Notes under the pieces: model-generated
Told to the model about the DNA's origin: nothing
Database searches by the model: none
The model's input: only the letters and a program-made list of their open reading frames with translations
Assembly (NCBI GenBank): GCA_964363205.1
Contig: CAYIHD010000003.1
Location: 1-39,168 of the forward strand
Length of the DNA stretch: 39,168 nucleotides
Reading direction: 5' to 3'
Source: an uncultured Candidatus Saccharibacteria bacterium
GTDB taxonomy: Bacteria; Patescibacteriota; Minisyncoccia; Phycocordibacterales; SBAW01
In this document: piece after piece, positions 9,787 to 19,042 of the stretch
Position numbering within the stretch: position 1 is the first letter of the stretch
Layout of the letters: the number at the start of each line of letters is the position of its first letter
Position numbers and translations under genes: made by a program

Positions 9787-9808
9787 TATGTCAAGGTTAA
9801 GCCTTGCC
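9787..9808 (+). repeat. REP-like palindrome, copy 2
   Basis: tatgtcaaggttaagccttgcc, 21/22 identical to copy 1 and in the same orientation. Confidence 0.8.
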
Positions 9809-9818
9809 ATACGCAACC

Positions 9819-11351
9819 TTATATAACCCTGCTGTGGCGCAGGGCCATGGCGGCTCCGAGAGTCAATAACAGTAGAGCGGCGCCCATAGCGACAAATGAC
9901 GGCATTTGTAGGCCCGATGTTGCTATTGCGGCAGCCATGGGGATTTGCTCTCTGACGGGTCTGTCCCACGGAGTGGCTACCGCAACCGGTGATTTGATAG
10001 TTGTCGCCGTAGGCTCCGGCGCCGCGGGAGTTTGGACATCAGTTTGGACATCGGATCCCTGATTTTGGACCGGAGCAGGAACTAGGACATCCGATGTCCT
10101 AGTTTGAGCGGGAGCCGGCGCAGGCGGTACCGGCTCCGGGGCGGGCGGCGGTGTCGGCGCGGGAGGCGGCGGTGGCGGAAGGTAGGGGACTTGATAGCCG
10201 ACCGAGAGCGGTCCGCCTATAACACCACCTCCTCCGCCGCCACTGCTTGTTGCGGGAGCCGGCGCCGGGGGCGGAGGCGGCTCAGTAACCGTAATCGTGC
10301 GGGTAGTGTTCGCGGTATTACCCGAGGCGTCGGTCGCGCTATAGGTTAGCGTGTAGGTGCCGGCAGTTGCAGTATCAACCGACCCGGTGGTAGTTACGGC
10401 GATTGAGGCGCCAAGGTCTGTCGCAGTCGCGCCCTGGTCGGTGAACGTCCCGCCGACGGTGAGGCTCACGGTAGCGTCCCCAACGAGTGTCACTACCGGC
10501 GCGGTTGTGTCGACAACGCCTATTACAAAACTGCTCGAGGCCGCGTTGCCCGCCGCGTCGGCGGTACTGCACGTTACGGTGGTAGAGCTTATTGTAAAAC
10601 TCGAGCCGGAGGCGGGAGAGCAACTCACGCTCACGACCCCGTCAACGGCATCGGTTGCCGTCGGCGCAGTGTACGTAACACTCGCTCCGGCTGAGCTTGT
10701 TGCCTCCGCAACTATGTCGCCCGGCGTGCCGGCAATCACGGGCGGCGTCGTATCCGGCGGCACCAGGTCGCACGTCGAGCCGTCGCAGATGCGAAACGCC
10801 ACGTCGGCGACGTTAGCATCGAGATCGTTGGTCGGGATGCTGTTGTTGGAGCTCCAGAGCATCATCCTGTCTGGGTAGACATCCGCTGCAGAACCGTACA
10901 AAGCGCCGAGGCCTGTGAAGCCTGAGACGTTTAAGAGATAGTAGTAATTGTCGAAGGAAAAAGGATGAGAAGAGGTGAAGACCGCCAACACTTCGTTAAC
11001 ATTTTGCACTACCACAACGGAGTTTGAGGCCACTGAGGCGCAGCCGGTGTACCCGCCGGTATTACATCTGAAGAGATGGATACCATACCAACCCGCAGCG
11101 ACGTTGTCCGCCAGACTGGGGTCACTTACTTTAAATACAACTGAAACCGCCGTACCCGAGAGCCCCTTACCGAGTGTTTGGATGGGATTCCCCGAACCGC
11201 CGTGCTCGTCTTTAGTTTGAGCAATTGTGTCTGCCACAAGTTGCTCGTAGAGCGTAGCCCCGTGCACAGCGGCGGCAGGCACGGCCAACAGGAAAAGAAA
11301 TCCTGCCAGTACCGACCCGGCCACGGCCCCAAAAGCGCGTTTCGTTATCAC
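9819..11351 (-). CDS. Secreted/surface protein with HYR and Ig-like (DUF5011-type) repeats, Pro-rich linker and C-terminal TM anchor
   Basis: Signal peptide, DTTPPVI...EATSSAGASVTY (HYR-like), DTTAPVVTLVG...GTYTLTYSATDASGN (Ig-like), PPPPPAP tracts and a terminal hydrophobic helix. Confidence 0.8.
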   Translation of the reverse strand: MITKRAFGAVAGSVLAGFLFLLAVPAAAVHGATLYEQLVADTIAQTKDEHGGSGNPIQTLGKGLSGTAVSVVFKVSDPSLADNVAAGWYGIHLFRCNTGGYTGCASVASNSVVVVQNVNEVLAVFTSSHPFSFDNYYYLLNVSGFTGLGALYGSAADVYPDRMMLWSSNNSIPTNDLDANVADVAFRICDGSTCDLVPPDTTPPVIAGTPGDIVAEATSSAGASVTYTAPTATDAVDGVVSVSCSPASGSSFTISSTTVTCSTADAAGNAASSSFVIGVVDTTAPVVTLVGDATVSLTVGGTFTDQGATATDLGASIAVTTTGSVDTATAGTYTLTYSATDASGNTANTTRTITVTEPPPPPAPAPATSSGGGGGGVIGGPLSVGYQVPYLPPPPPPAPTPPPAPEPVPPAPAPAQTRTSDVLVPAPVQNQGSDVQTDVQTPAAPEPTATTIKSPVAVATPWDRPVREQIPMAAAIATSGLQMPSFVAMGAALLLLTLGAAMALRHSRVI

Positions 11352-11378
11352 AAGTATAGTATACTACTTTGTCAACTG

Positions 11379-12131
11379 CTACGCCAGCAGGGAGTTGATA
11401 AGCCCTTCCGTCTCTTTTGGACCAAAAACCTGATGCGTCGGCACGCCGGTTTCCTTGACTACCGCGTCGTTGCCGCCCTCCTCCAGCGCGTCGCCCACGT
11501 AGAGCATGTCTTCCACCGGCACGCCGGTCAGCTCGGCAAGGCGTTTGATGCCGTAGGCTTTCGTGATGCCTTTGTGTGTTATCTGGACCGTGGTAAGTCC
11601 GCCCTCGGATATCGAGAGGTCGGGGAGACGCTTCGTGAGCGAAGCTCGCAGTGCATCGCGCAGAGGTTCGTTAGTTTTATGCCACTCTTCTTTAGCGCTC
11701 AGTGGCGCCTGTTGGCCGAGCGCTGAGAATGCAATTTCCGCTCCGCGATCTTCAAGCCGTTCCCCCCACACTTTTGTTGGTGGAATCAAGCCGGCTTCCT
11801 GTAATGATTCTTCAAATGCTCTCATGATATTCTCTTTTTCGGCCGGACTGAACGCATAATCATACTGCGGCTTCCAGCCGCCGTTGCGGTAGATAAAGCA
11901 TTGCGCGGCGTTATCGGGGAAGATGTAGAGATTGGGAAGGTTTGCTTCCATCGGAATCGCGGGGAAGAACTGCTTTTCAAACTGCGGAAAGCCGGCGCCC
12001 GACATAATCGCAATCGGCATTTTTTTAAGCAGAGAGGAAATCAACTCGCCCATTTCGGCGGACACGCGCTGTTTGCTCTCGGCAAGCGTTCCGTCGAGGT
12101 CAAACGCCACAAGGCGGGGATGATGTTTCAT
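11379..12131 (-). CDS. HAD-IIB family hydrolase, phosphomannomutase-like
   Basis: AFDLDGTL, EDRGAEIAFSALGQQAP, GITKAYG and YVGDALEEGGND. Confidence 0.82.
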   Translation of the reverse strand: MKHHPRLVAFDLDGTLAESKQRVSAEMGELISSLLKKMPIAIMSGAGFPQFEKQFFPAIPMEANLPNLYIFPDNAAQCFIYRNGGWKPQYDYAFSPAEKENIMRAFEESLQEAGLIPPTKVWGERLEDRGAEIAFSALGQQAPLSAKEEWHKTNEPLRDALRASLTKRLPDLSISEGGLTTVQITHKGITKAYGIKRLAELTGVPVEDMLYVGDALEEGGNDAVVKETGVPTHQVFGPKETEGLINSLLA

Positions 12132-12151
12132 GTAATTTATTTTTTGGTAAT

Positions 12152-14077
12152 TTAATCCTCCAGATTTTTCGGCAGGAGTATGGTGAGCAGTTTTTTGAGC
12201 GAGACGGTGGCAACGCCGGTAACCGTGTCGGCGCCTCCGTAATAAATGTACAGCGTGTCGCCGCGCAGGATGTTCCCGCAGGAAAAGACCGCGTTGCGCA
12301 CTTGGCCCACGCGCTCGTACTCCTCGAGCGGCTCAAAGATAGTGTCAACGCTCCGGGAGATAATTATCGACGGGTTTTTAAGGTCGAGCAGAACCGCGCC
12401 GAGCCGGTAGGTCGCTGTTTTTGACACGCCGTGATAGATAAGCAGCCAGCCCTTTGGTGTGCGGATAGGGGTGCCGGCGATGCCTATCTTTTTGCTGTCC
12501 CACATACCTTGCCGCGGGCCCATGACCTCTATGCATCGCGTCAGGCGCGACTTTTTAAAATCGAGCGTATCGAGAAAGTCGGCGCACAGCATAGGGTCGA
12601 TGCGGTGCAATATCATGTACTGGCCGCCTATTTTTTCCGGCATAAGCGCGGTGTCCTTGTCTTGGACCGGGTCCGGCGTCATAAGCTGGGGCTTTTCCCA
12701 CTTGTCCCACTTGTTGGCGACAAAGTCTTTGACGGAGATAGAGGTCAGCGCGGACCTCCACGGGTTTTTGCCGTCAAACGCCGTATACGCCATATATATA
12801 GTGTTGCCGATGCGGGTCAGGCGCGGGTCCTCGCAACCGGAAGCGGCGCCCTCCGCCTGCTTTTTTTCAAAATCTTCGCGCGGGACATATGCCGGAGTTT
12901 CCGCGCGCTTGGTTATTTTGATACCGTTTTTGCTGTTGGCGTATCCGAGCACGGAGGTATTGTCCGGCCCCATGGCGCGGTACAAAATATGCACCGTGCC
13001 GTTGATATCGACTGCCGTTGGGTTAAAAACAGCGGTGCTCTCCCATGGATGCTTGGCAACGGGCTTTAGTATCGGGTTTTGTTTATAGCGCTCAACCAAC
13101 TCGACGCGTCGCTGCGGTATCAGCGCGTCCAAAAGGTCGGGCAAGTTGAGCGAGGCCTTGGCGCACGTGGTGTCGGCTCCGCCGTAATAAATGTCGATGC
13201 GGCCGTTTTTTTGCAGGAGCGCGCCGGTGGGGAAGACGATGTTCGGCACCGCGCCGTATCGCTCGTAGATTTCCTCGGGGACCATAATGGGGCCCTTGGT
13301 TCGGCCTTTTATCACGTGCGGGTCTTGTATGTCGAGCAGAAGCGCCTCGATGCCAAAGACGCGGTCTCCGCCGCCGAAGTAATTTTGAATGTAGGAATAA
13401 AAAAGCAGCCAGCCCTCTTTTGTTTTGATGGGCGCGGAGCCGACCTCGACGTGGTCGTGCTCGAAGCGCAGCGGGTTTATGGTGTGGTCATTGAGCTCCG
13501 AGTGCCACTTCTCCCAAAAGCCGAGGTCCCAGAGCTCCTCGATTTTGTCGCATTGCGCGATGGCGATGCGCGCCGGCGGCTCGTCGGTGTGCGCCGTTAC
13601 GATGACCGTAATCTTGCCGCCGATGCGCTCGGGAAAGAGCGTCATCGCCTTGGCATTAAACGGCGTGACGAGGTGCTTTTCCTCTATTGTTTCCAAATCT
13701 CCGGAGATTGCTACCGCGACCTTGATATTGCCGGGGCCGAACGGCATCCCGCCGAGCGCGGTGTAAAAGATGTAATATTTTCCTTCAAAAAAGGTGGCGC
13801 GCGGGTCCTCGCATCCGTACTTTTCCCACGGCTCTTCGGGCACGATAAATTGGGTGCGGTTCTGGTAATGTTCGCCGTCCAGCGACATGGCTTTGCCTAT
13901 CGTCGATATGCCCGACGGCGTCAAAAGCGCGTCGGGGCGGCCCTGCGCGCGGTACAGCAGGTGAGTGATAGAGCCCTTTTGTATGGGCGAGGGGTTAAAG
14001 GTCCCGCGCGCCTCCCAGTGCTTGTCGCTGCGCGGGGCGATAAGAGGATTATGCTGACTGCGTCGTATTACGTACAT
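12152..14077 (-). CDS. Tandem two-domain GH130-family glycoside hydrolase/phosphorylase
   Basis: Two copies of NP..P...WE...FNP, GCEDPR, W...YH/YS and YYGGADT motifs in 641 aa. Confidence 0.85.
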   Translation of the reverse strand: MYVIRRSQHNPLIAPRSDKHWEARGTFNPSPIQKGSITHLLYRAQGRPDALLTPSGISTIGKAMSLDGEHYQNRTQFIVPEEPWEKYGCEDPRATFFEGKYYIFYTALGGMPFGPGNIKVAVAISGDLETIEEKHLVTPFNAKAMTLFPERIGGKITVIVTAHTDEPPARIAIAQCDKIEELWDLGFWEKWHSELNDHTINPLRFEHDHVEVGSAPIKTKEGWLLFYSYIQNYFGGGDRVFGIEALLLDIQDPHVIKGRTKGPIMVPEEIYERYGAVPNIVFPTGALLQKNGRIDIYYGGADTTCAKASLNLPDLLDALIPQRRVELVERYKQNPILKPVAKHPWESTAVFNPTAVDINGTVHILYRAMGPDNTSVLGYANSKNGIKITKRAETPAYVPREDFEKKQAEGAASGCEDPRLTRIGNTIYMAYTAFDGKNPWRSALTSISVKDFVANKWDKWEKPQLMTPDPVQDKDTALMPEKIGGQYMILHRIDPMLCADFLDTLDFKKSRLTRCIEVMGPRQGMWDSKKIGIAGTPIRTPKGWLLIYHGVSKTATYRLGAVLLDLKNPSIIISRSVDTIFEPLEEYERVGQVRNAVFSCGNILRGDTLYIYYGGADTVTGVATVSLKKLLTILLPKNLED

Positions 14078-14095
14078 TGTTTTTTAGTATATCAG

Positions 14096-15247
14096 TTACA
14101 TTTTAACCGGTTGGAGGACCGCGTGCTGGTGGCGGGTGAGTTTGCGCAGAAAGACGCTCAAGTTGGCGCGCGCGGCGGCGACATACTTGTCGCCGCCGCC
14201 GTAGTATACAAACAGGTTCTCGCCCAAGATGACCGCGCCGGAGGCGTACACGACGCCGGCCTTCCACTCGTTTTCGTACCACTCTTCCGGCGTAAGCACC
14301 GGGTCTTCGCAGCGGTAGAGGATTTTTGTCGGGTCTTGGAGGTCGAGCAGCATCGCGCCGACTTTGTACCCGACCTCCGAGTGCGCCGGGTCAAAACCGT
14401 GATAAAAGAGCAGCCACCCCTCCGGTGTTTTAAGCGGCGGCGCGCCGGCACCGCGCACGCGCACATCCCACCGGCCCGGCTTATCCGCGCGCCTGAAATT
14501 GCTTTTTATAAATCCGTTTTTATCGAGCGCGCCCAGGTCGTCGACATACGCGATCTCAATCTTGGGGCTGATGTTGTGCAGGACGGCGTACTTGCCGCCT
14601 ATCTTTTCCGGAAACAGGAGCCAGTTTTTTTGCACTTCGCCCGGCGCGGAGAGGTATGAGTTGGCGCTCCAGAGCCACTGCCTGCGGTCAAAGTCGCTGA
14701 GCGCCAAAGAGGTCAGGGTAATGCGCTCGTTGCCCCAACCCTCAAACGCGGTAAAGGTCATCTGCACCGAGTCGTCCATGATAACCGCCCGCGGGTCCTC
14801 CGCTCCGCCCCAGCCGCCGCCGGAGCCGTAGCTGACCGTGTCGTACGAGAGCGTGGCGTACGACAGGCGCGCGCTTGCTCTGCTTGCGCGCGCGCGGGAG
14901 AGCGAGTCGGCCTGCGGGTCGTACGCGGGATAGTTTGGACGCTCGTCAAAATGCATGCCGTCTTGGCTGGAGGCATAGCCGATGCGCGAGATGCCGTCGC
15001 GGCCGAGCGCGCGATAAAAAAGGTGCACGCGCCCGTTGCGGACAAACGCCGCCGGATTAAAGACCGCCTCGGACTCCCACCAGTTTTCCGCCCGTGGGCG
15101 CAATACCGGGTTATGCGGCAGGCGGTGTAAGTGGAGCGGTTTGCGCAGTCCGCGCAAAACGGCAAGCCACAAAAACAGCGCAGCTAAGCACGCCAGCAGA
15201 ATCGCCGCGAGCGTAAATACGTATGCCGCCGCATTAGGCGCGCCCAT
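14096..15247 (-). CDS. Membrane-anchored GH130-family glycosidase
   Basis: N-terminal TM helix, WESEAVFNPAA, GAEDPR, KNWLLFPEKI, GWLLFYHG and YYGGGD. Confidence 0.85.
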   Translation of the reverse strand: MGAPNAAAYVFTLAAILLACLAALFLWLAVLRGLRKPLHLHRLPHNPVLRPRAENWWESEAVFNPAAFVRNGRVHLFYRALGRDGISRIGYASSQDGMHFDERPNYPAYDPQADSLSRARASRASARLSYATLSYDTVSYGSGGGWGGAEDPRAVIMDDSVQMTFTAFEGWGNERITLTSLALSDFDRRQWLWSANSYLSAPGEVQKNWLLFPEKIGGKYAVLHNISPKIEIAYVDDLGALDKNGFIKSNFRRADKPGRWDVRVRGAGAPPLKTPEGWLLFYHGFDPAHSEVGYKVGAMLLDLQDPTKILYRCEDPVLTPEEWYENEWKAGVVYASGAVILGENLFVYYGGGDKYVAAARANLSVFLRKLTRHQHAVLQPVKM

Positions 15248-15587
15248 AATCGTCTTCTAGCCTTGTAATGTCGCCCTCGTCAAAGTCTCCAAAAGCTATT
15301 TCAAGAAACAGCAGACCCTCCGGGCCGCCCGCGACGCGGTGCTTGGCGCCGCGCGCGACAAAAAAGTTGTCGCCGGGCTTCACCTCGGTGACCTGCTCGC
15401 CGACGGTAACCGAGCCCGCGCCTTGCAGTATCAGCCACTCCTCGTCGCGATGCGCGTGCTGTTGCAATGAGAGCTCCTGCCCGGGCTCTACTTTGATTAT
15501 TTTGACCGTCGACTTTTCGTTGAGCGTAAAACGCTCAAAACTTCCCCACGGGCGAATTTCCTTCTCATAGTTAGAGAGGCCTTCCAT
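15234..15587 (-). CDS. Cupin, phosphomannose isomerase type II C-terminal-like
   Basis: RPWGSF, LSLQQHAHRDEEW and DITRLEDDYGR. Start ATG 15587 follows TATAAT-N6. Confidence 0.85.
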   Translation of the reverse strand: MEGLSNYEKEIRPWGSFERFTLNEKSTVKIIKVEPGQELSLQQHAHRDEEWLILQGAGSVTVGEQVTEVKPGDNFFVARGAKHRVAGGPEGLLFLEIAFGDFDEGDITRLEDDYGRA

Positions 15588-15605
15588 GCTTTTATTATAA
15601 AGCAT

Positions 15606-15765
15606 AAAAATATGCCGAGGGGGCCCGCGCACCTCGGTGCGGAGCCCCCTCGGCTAAACCAGTATCTCTTTCATACTTGATTTCGACCGGCTTACTGCTA
15701 CACCGCTTCTAACCTGCTTACCGCTTATAAAGTGACAGCGGCCACTATGTGGCTCAACGCCGTCA
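15606..15765 (-). ncRNA. Candidate structured ncRNA (unassigned)
   Basis: TACAAT -10 at 15777-15772, several stems, and an 11-bp terminal hairpin gccgagggggc/gccccctcggc followed by a U tract. No credible ORF. Confidence 0.45.
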
Positions 15766-15785
15766 AACGCTATTGTATAAAAAGC

Positions 15786-16448
15786 TTATTGAACAGACGA
15801 TGAGGACAAAAACAGCGCGCGTTCGCGGGGGAAGAGCCACAACGCCAGGTGGTAGATGCCGTAGGTGATAAAGAACGCCGACATAACATCGATGGTGTAG
15901 TGGATATGGCCGAGCAACACTATGGTCGCGAAGAATATCGAGGAAAGCAGATAAAACCACTTGAGGCGGTTATCGATGCCCCAAAATGCCAATGCGCCGA
16001 GGAACGGCATCCCCGTGTGCCCGGAAAAAAACTGGTCCGCGCCGAAAAAGGAGTTGGTAATGGTCGCCCCGAAGTCGCTCAGGTAGGCGACCTCCGGCGG
16101 CCCCAGGTGTGTCATAAGCGTAAACGCCGAGCGGATGAGTATAAAGAGCGTTACCGCATACAGGGTAAACGGGATGCGTTTAGGGTTCAGTGCCAGCATG
16201 ACCACGCTTACCGCCACGACCAGGAACGTGCCGTATACAAAAATTTGGTCGACCTCGAAAACGGGTATGTTGGACAGGATGATGTCGGTGACGGACGCGC
16301 TCGCGTTGTTGGTCGCCTGTTTTATCGCCCAAAAGTTGACGAACAGCGCGCCGATAAACGCGGCAATGGCGACCGGCGCGGAAAAGCGGAAGCACCGGTC
16401 GACCCACGACAGGCGGTAGCGCTCGATGATGATATAGAGCATTGCCAT
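15786..16448 (-). CDS. PAP2-related (sphingomyelin synthase-like PAP2_C) membrane enzyme
   Basis: DQFFSGHTG and GHIHYTIDV motifs, multiple TM helices. Confidence 0.78.
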   Translation of the reverse strand: MAMLYIIIERYRLSWVDRCFRFSAPVAIAAFIGALFVNFWAIKQATNNASASVTDIILSNIPVFEVDQIFVYGTFLVVAVSVVMLALNPKRIPFTLYAVTLFILIRSAFTLMTHLGPPEVAYLSDFGATITNSFFGADQFFSGHTGMPFLGALAFWGIDNRLKWFYLLSSIFFATIVLLGHIHYTIDVMSAFFITYGIYHLALWLFPRERALFLSSSSVQ

Positions 16449-16469
16449 AAGTTTAAGTATACTAAAGGT
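16449..16469. promoter_or_regulatory. Bidirectional -10 element (palindromic AGTATACT) serving two divergent leaderless genes
   Basis: Plus strand TATACT-aaaggt-ATG(16470), minus strand TATACT-taaactt-ATG(16448). The intergenic gap is 21 bp. Confidence 0.65.
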
Positions 16470-17069
16470 ATGGACTTTGCAGCCGCTGTTATTCTACTCG
16501 AACAGTACCGTTACTTTATACTCTTTCCTATAGCCTGCTTTGAGGGGCCGATGATCGCCTTTATCGCCGGCACGCTCATACCGCTCGGGTACTTTAGCGT
16601 GGTTCCTCTTATTATTACGCTCATTTTTGCCGACGTCATCCCGGACCTCGCGTATTACTTTTTTGGCCGTTGGGGCAAGGAGAGGTCACTTATCGAAAAA
16701 ATGGGGCCGAAATTGAAGATAACGCCGGAGCGCTTCGAAGTCGTGCGGAATTTGTGGCACACGCATCCGTTTAAAACCATGGCGGTAACCAAATTTGCCT
16801 ACGGGCTCTCAACGCCGCTTCTTATTACCGCCGGTTTGGCGCACCTTCCGTTCAATACTTTTTGGCGGTACAGCGCAGTGCTCGCGGCGTTTCAGTACTC
16901 GGTGTTGGTCGGGCTCGGATACTTTTTCGGCGGGTACTTTGCAACCGTCGAGAGCACGCTGGTGCGGGCGGAAATGCTGGTGGCCGCCGCCGCGATTGTA
17001 TTTGCCGGGTACTATATTATCGTACGCAGAGTTCGCGCGCAGTTTCTTAAGAAAGAAGCCGGTCAATAG
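16470..17069 (+). CDS. DedA/VTT family membrane protein
   Basis: Real start at MDFAAAVILLEQYRY. FEGP, DLAYYFFGR and KFAYGL DedA-like motifs. Confidence 0.8.
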   Translation: MDFAAAVILLEQYRYFILFPIACFEGPMIAFIAGTLIPLGYFSVVPLIITLIFADVIPDLAYYFFGRWGKERSLIEKMGPKLKITPERFEVVRNLWHTHPFKTMAVTKFAYGLSTPLLITAGLAHLPFNTFWRYSAVLAAFQYSVLVGLGYFFGGYFATVESTLVRAEMLVAAAAIVFAGYYIIVRRVRAQFLKKEAGQ

Positions 17070-18231
17070 TGTCACGGTAGACGCGCTCCCACTCCATGGC
17101 GATTTTTTTTGGAGACAGCTTTTCGACGAACTTTTCCGCGGCGCGGCCCATGCGGGCGCGCAGAGCATTGTCGTTTAAAAGCATTTTAATCTTTTCCGCC
17201 AACGCTTTATGGTCGCCCGGCTCGACAAGAAAGCCGGCCTCCTTCGGCGTGTAATCCGGCAGGCCGCGCGCGCGGGCGCACACCGCCGGAGTGCCGCTGG
17301 AGTACGCCTGCATAAGCGCAATAGACTGGCTGTCGGAGGTCGACATCATCGCAAAGACGTCCGCTGTTTTGTAGATATGCGGGAGCTCTGCGCGCGAAAG
17401 GAAGCCGGTAAACTTGACGCGCCGTCCGACGCGGAGCTTTTGCGCCAGCTTTTTTAGTCCGTTTTCCGCCGCCCCGTGGCCGGTGGCGACCAGGGTGATG
17501 GTGGGGAAGTCTTTAACCAACAGCGCAATCGCGCGCACGACCACATCGACGCGCTTTTCCACACCGAGCCGCCCGGCATAGAGCACTACCGGTCCGGTAA
17601 GCCCGAAGGAGCGCTTGTGCTCCGCTTTTTCTTCCGGTGTTGGCGGTCCGAACGCCTCCAGCTCCGCGGGGTTGGCGACCGCGCGGCCCGGCTTATGAAA
17701 TCCTTTTTCTCCCATGCGGCGCAGGAGCGCCGCGTACGGCGTGGTCACAAAGTCGCAGTGATTGTAATACCACGCGTCGTACCAACGCATGATGCTTCGC
17801 ATGCCAAACGGGAAAAAGTCTTCTATCGCGGTGTGGTTGGTGCCAATGAGCGGCACGTGGTAGCGCGCGGCGGCGCGCAGTGCCTCCCATCCGGTGCCGT
17901 ACGGGCTTTGGGTGTGGATAACCTGCGGTTTAAAAGAGTCCAAAAAGTCAAAGCTCGCTCCGGTGGGGAAGGCAAACCGCGACTGGCCGGTCGGCGAGAA
18001 AGGCATCGACACCGACGGCAGGCGCACAACCGGAATGCCGTCGATGGTATCGTCCTCTTTTGTAAGAGGGTACTGCCGTTTGCCGGTCGCGTAGTCTTGC
18101 GGCGAGTAGCGCGGGCAGATATAAACAATTTTGTGTCCGCGCTTGTGGAGCTCCTTGCCGGTCGTGATAATGGTGTCGGTAATCCCGGAAAGCTCCGGGT
18201 AAAAATTGTCGCTGAAGAAAGCAATACGCAT
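17047..18231 (-). CDS. Glycosyltransferase family 4 (glycolipid synthase-like)
   Basis: MRIAFFSDNFYPELSG, IHTQSP, YAGRLGVEKRVD and ADVFAMMSTSDSQSIALMQA. Confidence 0.88.
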   Translation of the reverse strand: MRIAFFSDNFYPELSGITDTIITTGKELHKRGHKIVYICPRYSPQDYATGKRQYPLTKEDDTIDGIPVVRLPSVSMPFSPTGQSRFAFPTGASFDFLDSFKPQVIHTQSPYGTGWEALRAAARYHVPLIGTNHTAIEDFFPFGMRSIMRWYDAWYYNHCDFVTTPYAALLRRMGEKGFHKPGRAVANPAELEAFGPPTPEEKAEHKRSFGLTGPVVLYAGRLGVEKRVDVVVRAIALLVKDFPTITLVATGHGAAENGLKKLAQKLRVGRRVKFTGFLSRAELPHIYKTADVFAMMSTSDSQSIALMQAYSSGTPAVCARARGLPDYTPKEAGFLVEPGDHKALAEKIKMLLNDNALRARMGRAAEKFVEKLSPKKIAMEWERVYRDTIDRLLS

Positions 18232-18235
18232 GCCT

Positions 18236-19024
18236 CTATTGTCCCACGAACTTTTCTATTTCGTCGGCGACTTCGTCAATATTATTCAGTACCAGAATAT
18301 GGTTGGCTTTTGGCAGTTCAACGAGTGTGGAGTTTGTAAGAATTTTTGCCAAGGCGCGCGCGTGCTCAACTGGGACAATCGAATCGTCGGCTCCGTGCAC
18401 CACCAGTGCGGGCGCGGTGAGCGCAACCCAGCCGGCGCTGTAGTCGCGGTCAAAGACCACGCGCAACGAGCGCAGGTACGAACGCAATCCCATATTTAAA
18501 ATGTCTGTGCCGATGCGCGACACACTATAGTCCGGCGTAGGGTAGAAGCGTGCGTAATCGGTGCGGCCGTAGGCGCGTACGCGCAGAGGTGCCATGGCGA
18601 GCGCGGCACCGAGGTTGGCGAGAAATTTACTAATTTTAAAATGATGCACGCCGTACGCGGGGGCCAAAAAGACATTGCGCCCGACCGTTTGCGGATAAGC
18701 GCGCGTAAATTCCATCGCGATAAGCGTGCCAAAGGAGTGGCTTACTATCGAGCAGTGTTCTACTTTCAAATATTCGAGCAGTGCGCGGATGTCTTCGACA
18801 AATTCGGGCATAGAGTAACCGCGCCGACGGGGGCGCACGGAGCGCCCGTGTCCGCGCAGGTCGAAGGTTATAAGGTTATATTTTTCTTCGAAAATCTTCT
18901 CGTACGGATACCAAGCCGATAGGCTCCCCGAAAGCCCGTGGACAAAAAGTATAGTCTTCCGTCCCGGCAAAAAGGTATTAATCCGATAAGCAATCCCGCG
19001 GCTCTTAAAATAATGCTCCTCCAT
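18236..19024 (-). CDS. Alpha/beta hydrolase
   Basis: LFVHGLSG, DLRGHGRS, SHSFG nucleophile elbow, HGADD and ANHIL. Start at ATG 19024. Confidence 0.88.
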   Translation of the reverse strand: MEEHYFKSRGIAYRINTFLPGRKTILFVHGLSGSLSAWYPYEKIFEEKYNLITFDLRGHGRSVRPRRRGYSMPEFVEDIRALLEYLKVEHCSIVSHSFGTLIAMEFTRAYPQTVGRNVFLAPAYGVHHFKISKFLANLGAALAMAPLRVRAYGRTDYARFYPTPDYSVSRIGTDILNMGLRSYLRSLRVVFDRDYSAGWVALTAPALVVHGADDSIVPVEHARALAKILTNSTLVELPKANHILVLNNIDEVADEIEKFVGQ

Positions 19025-19042
19025 GTATGATAAGCATATAGT

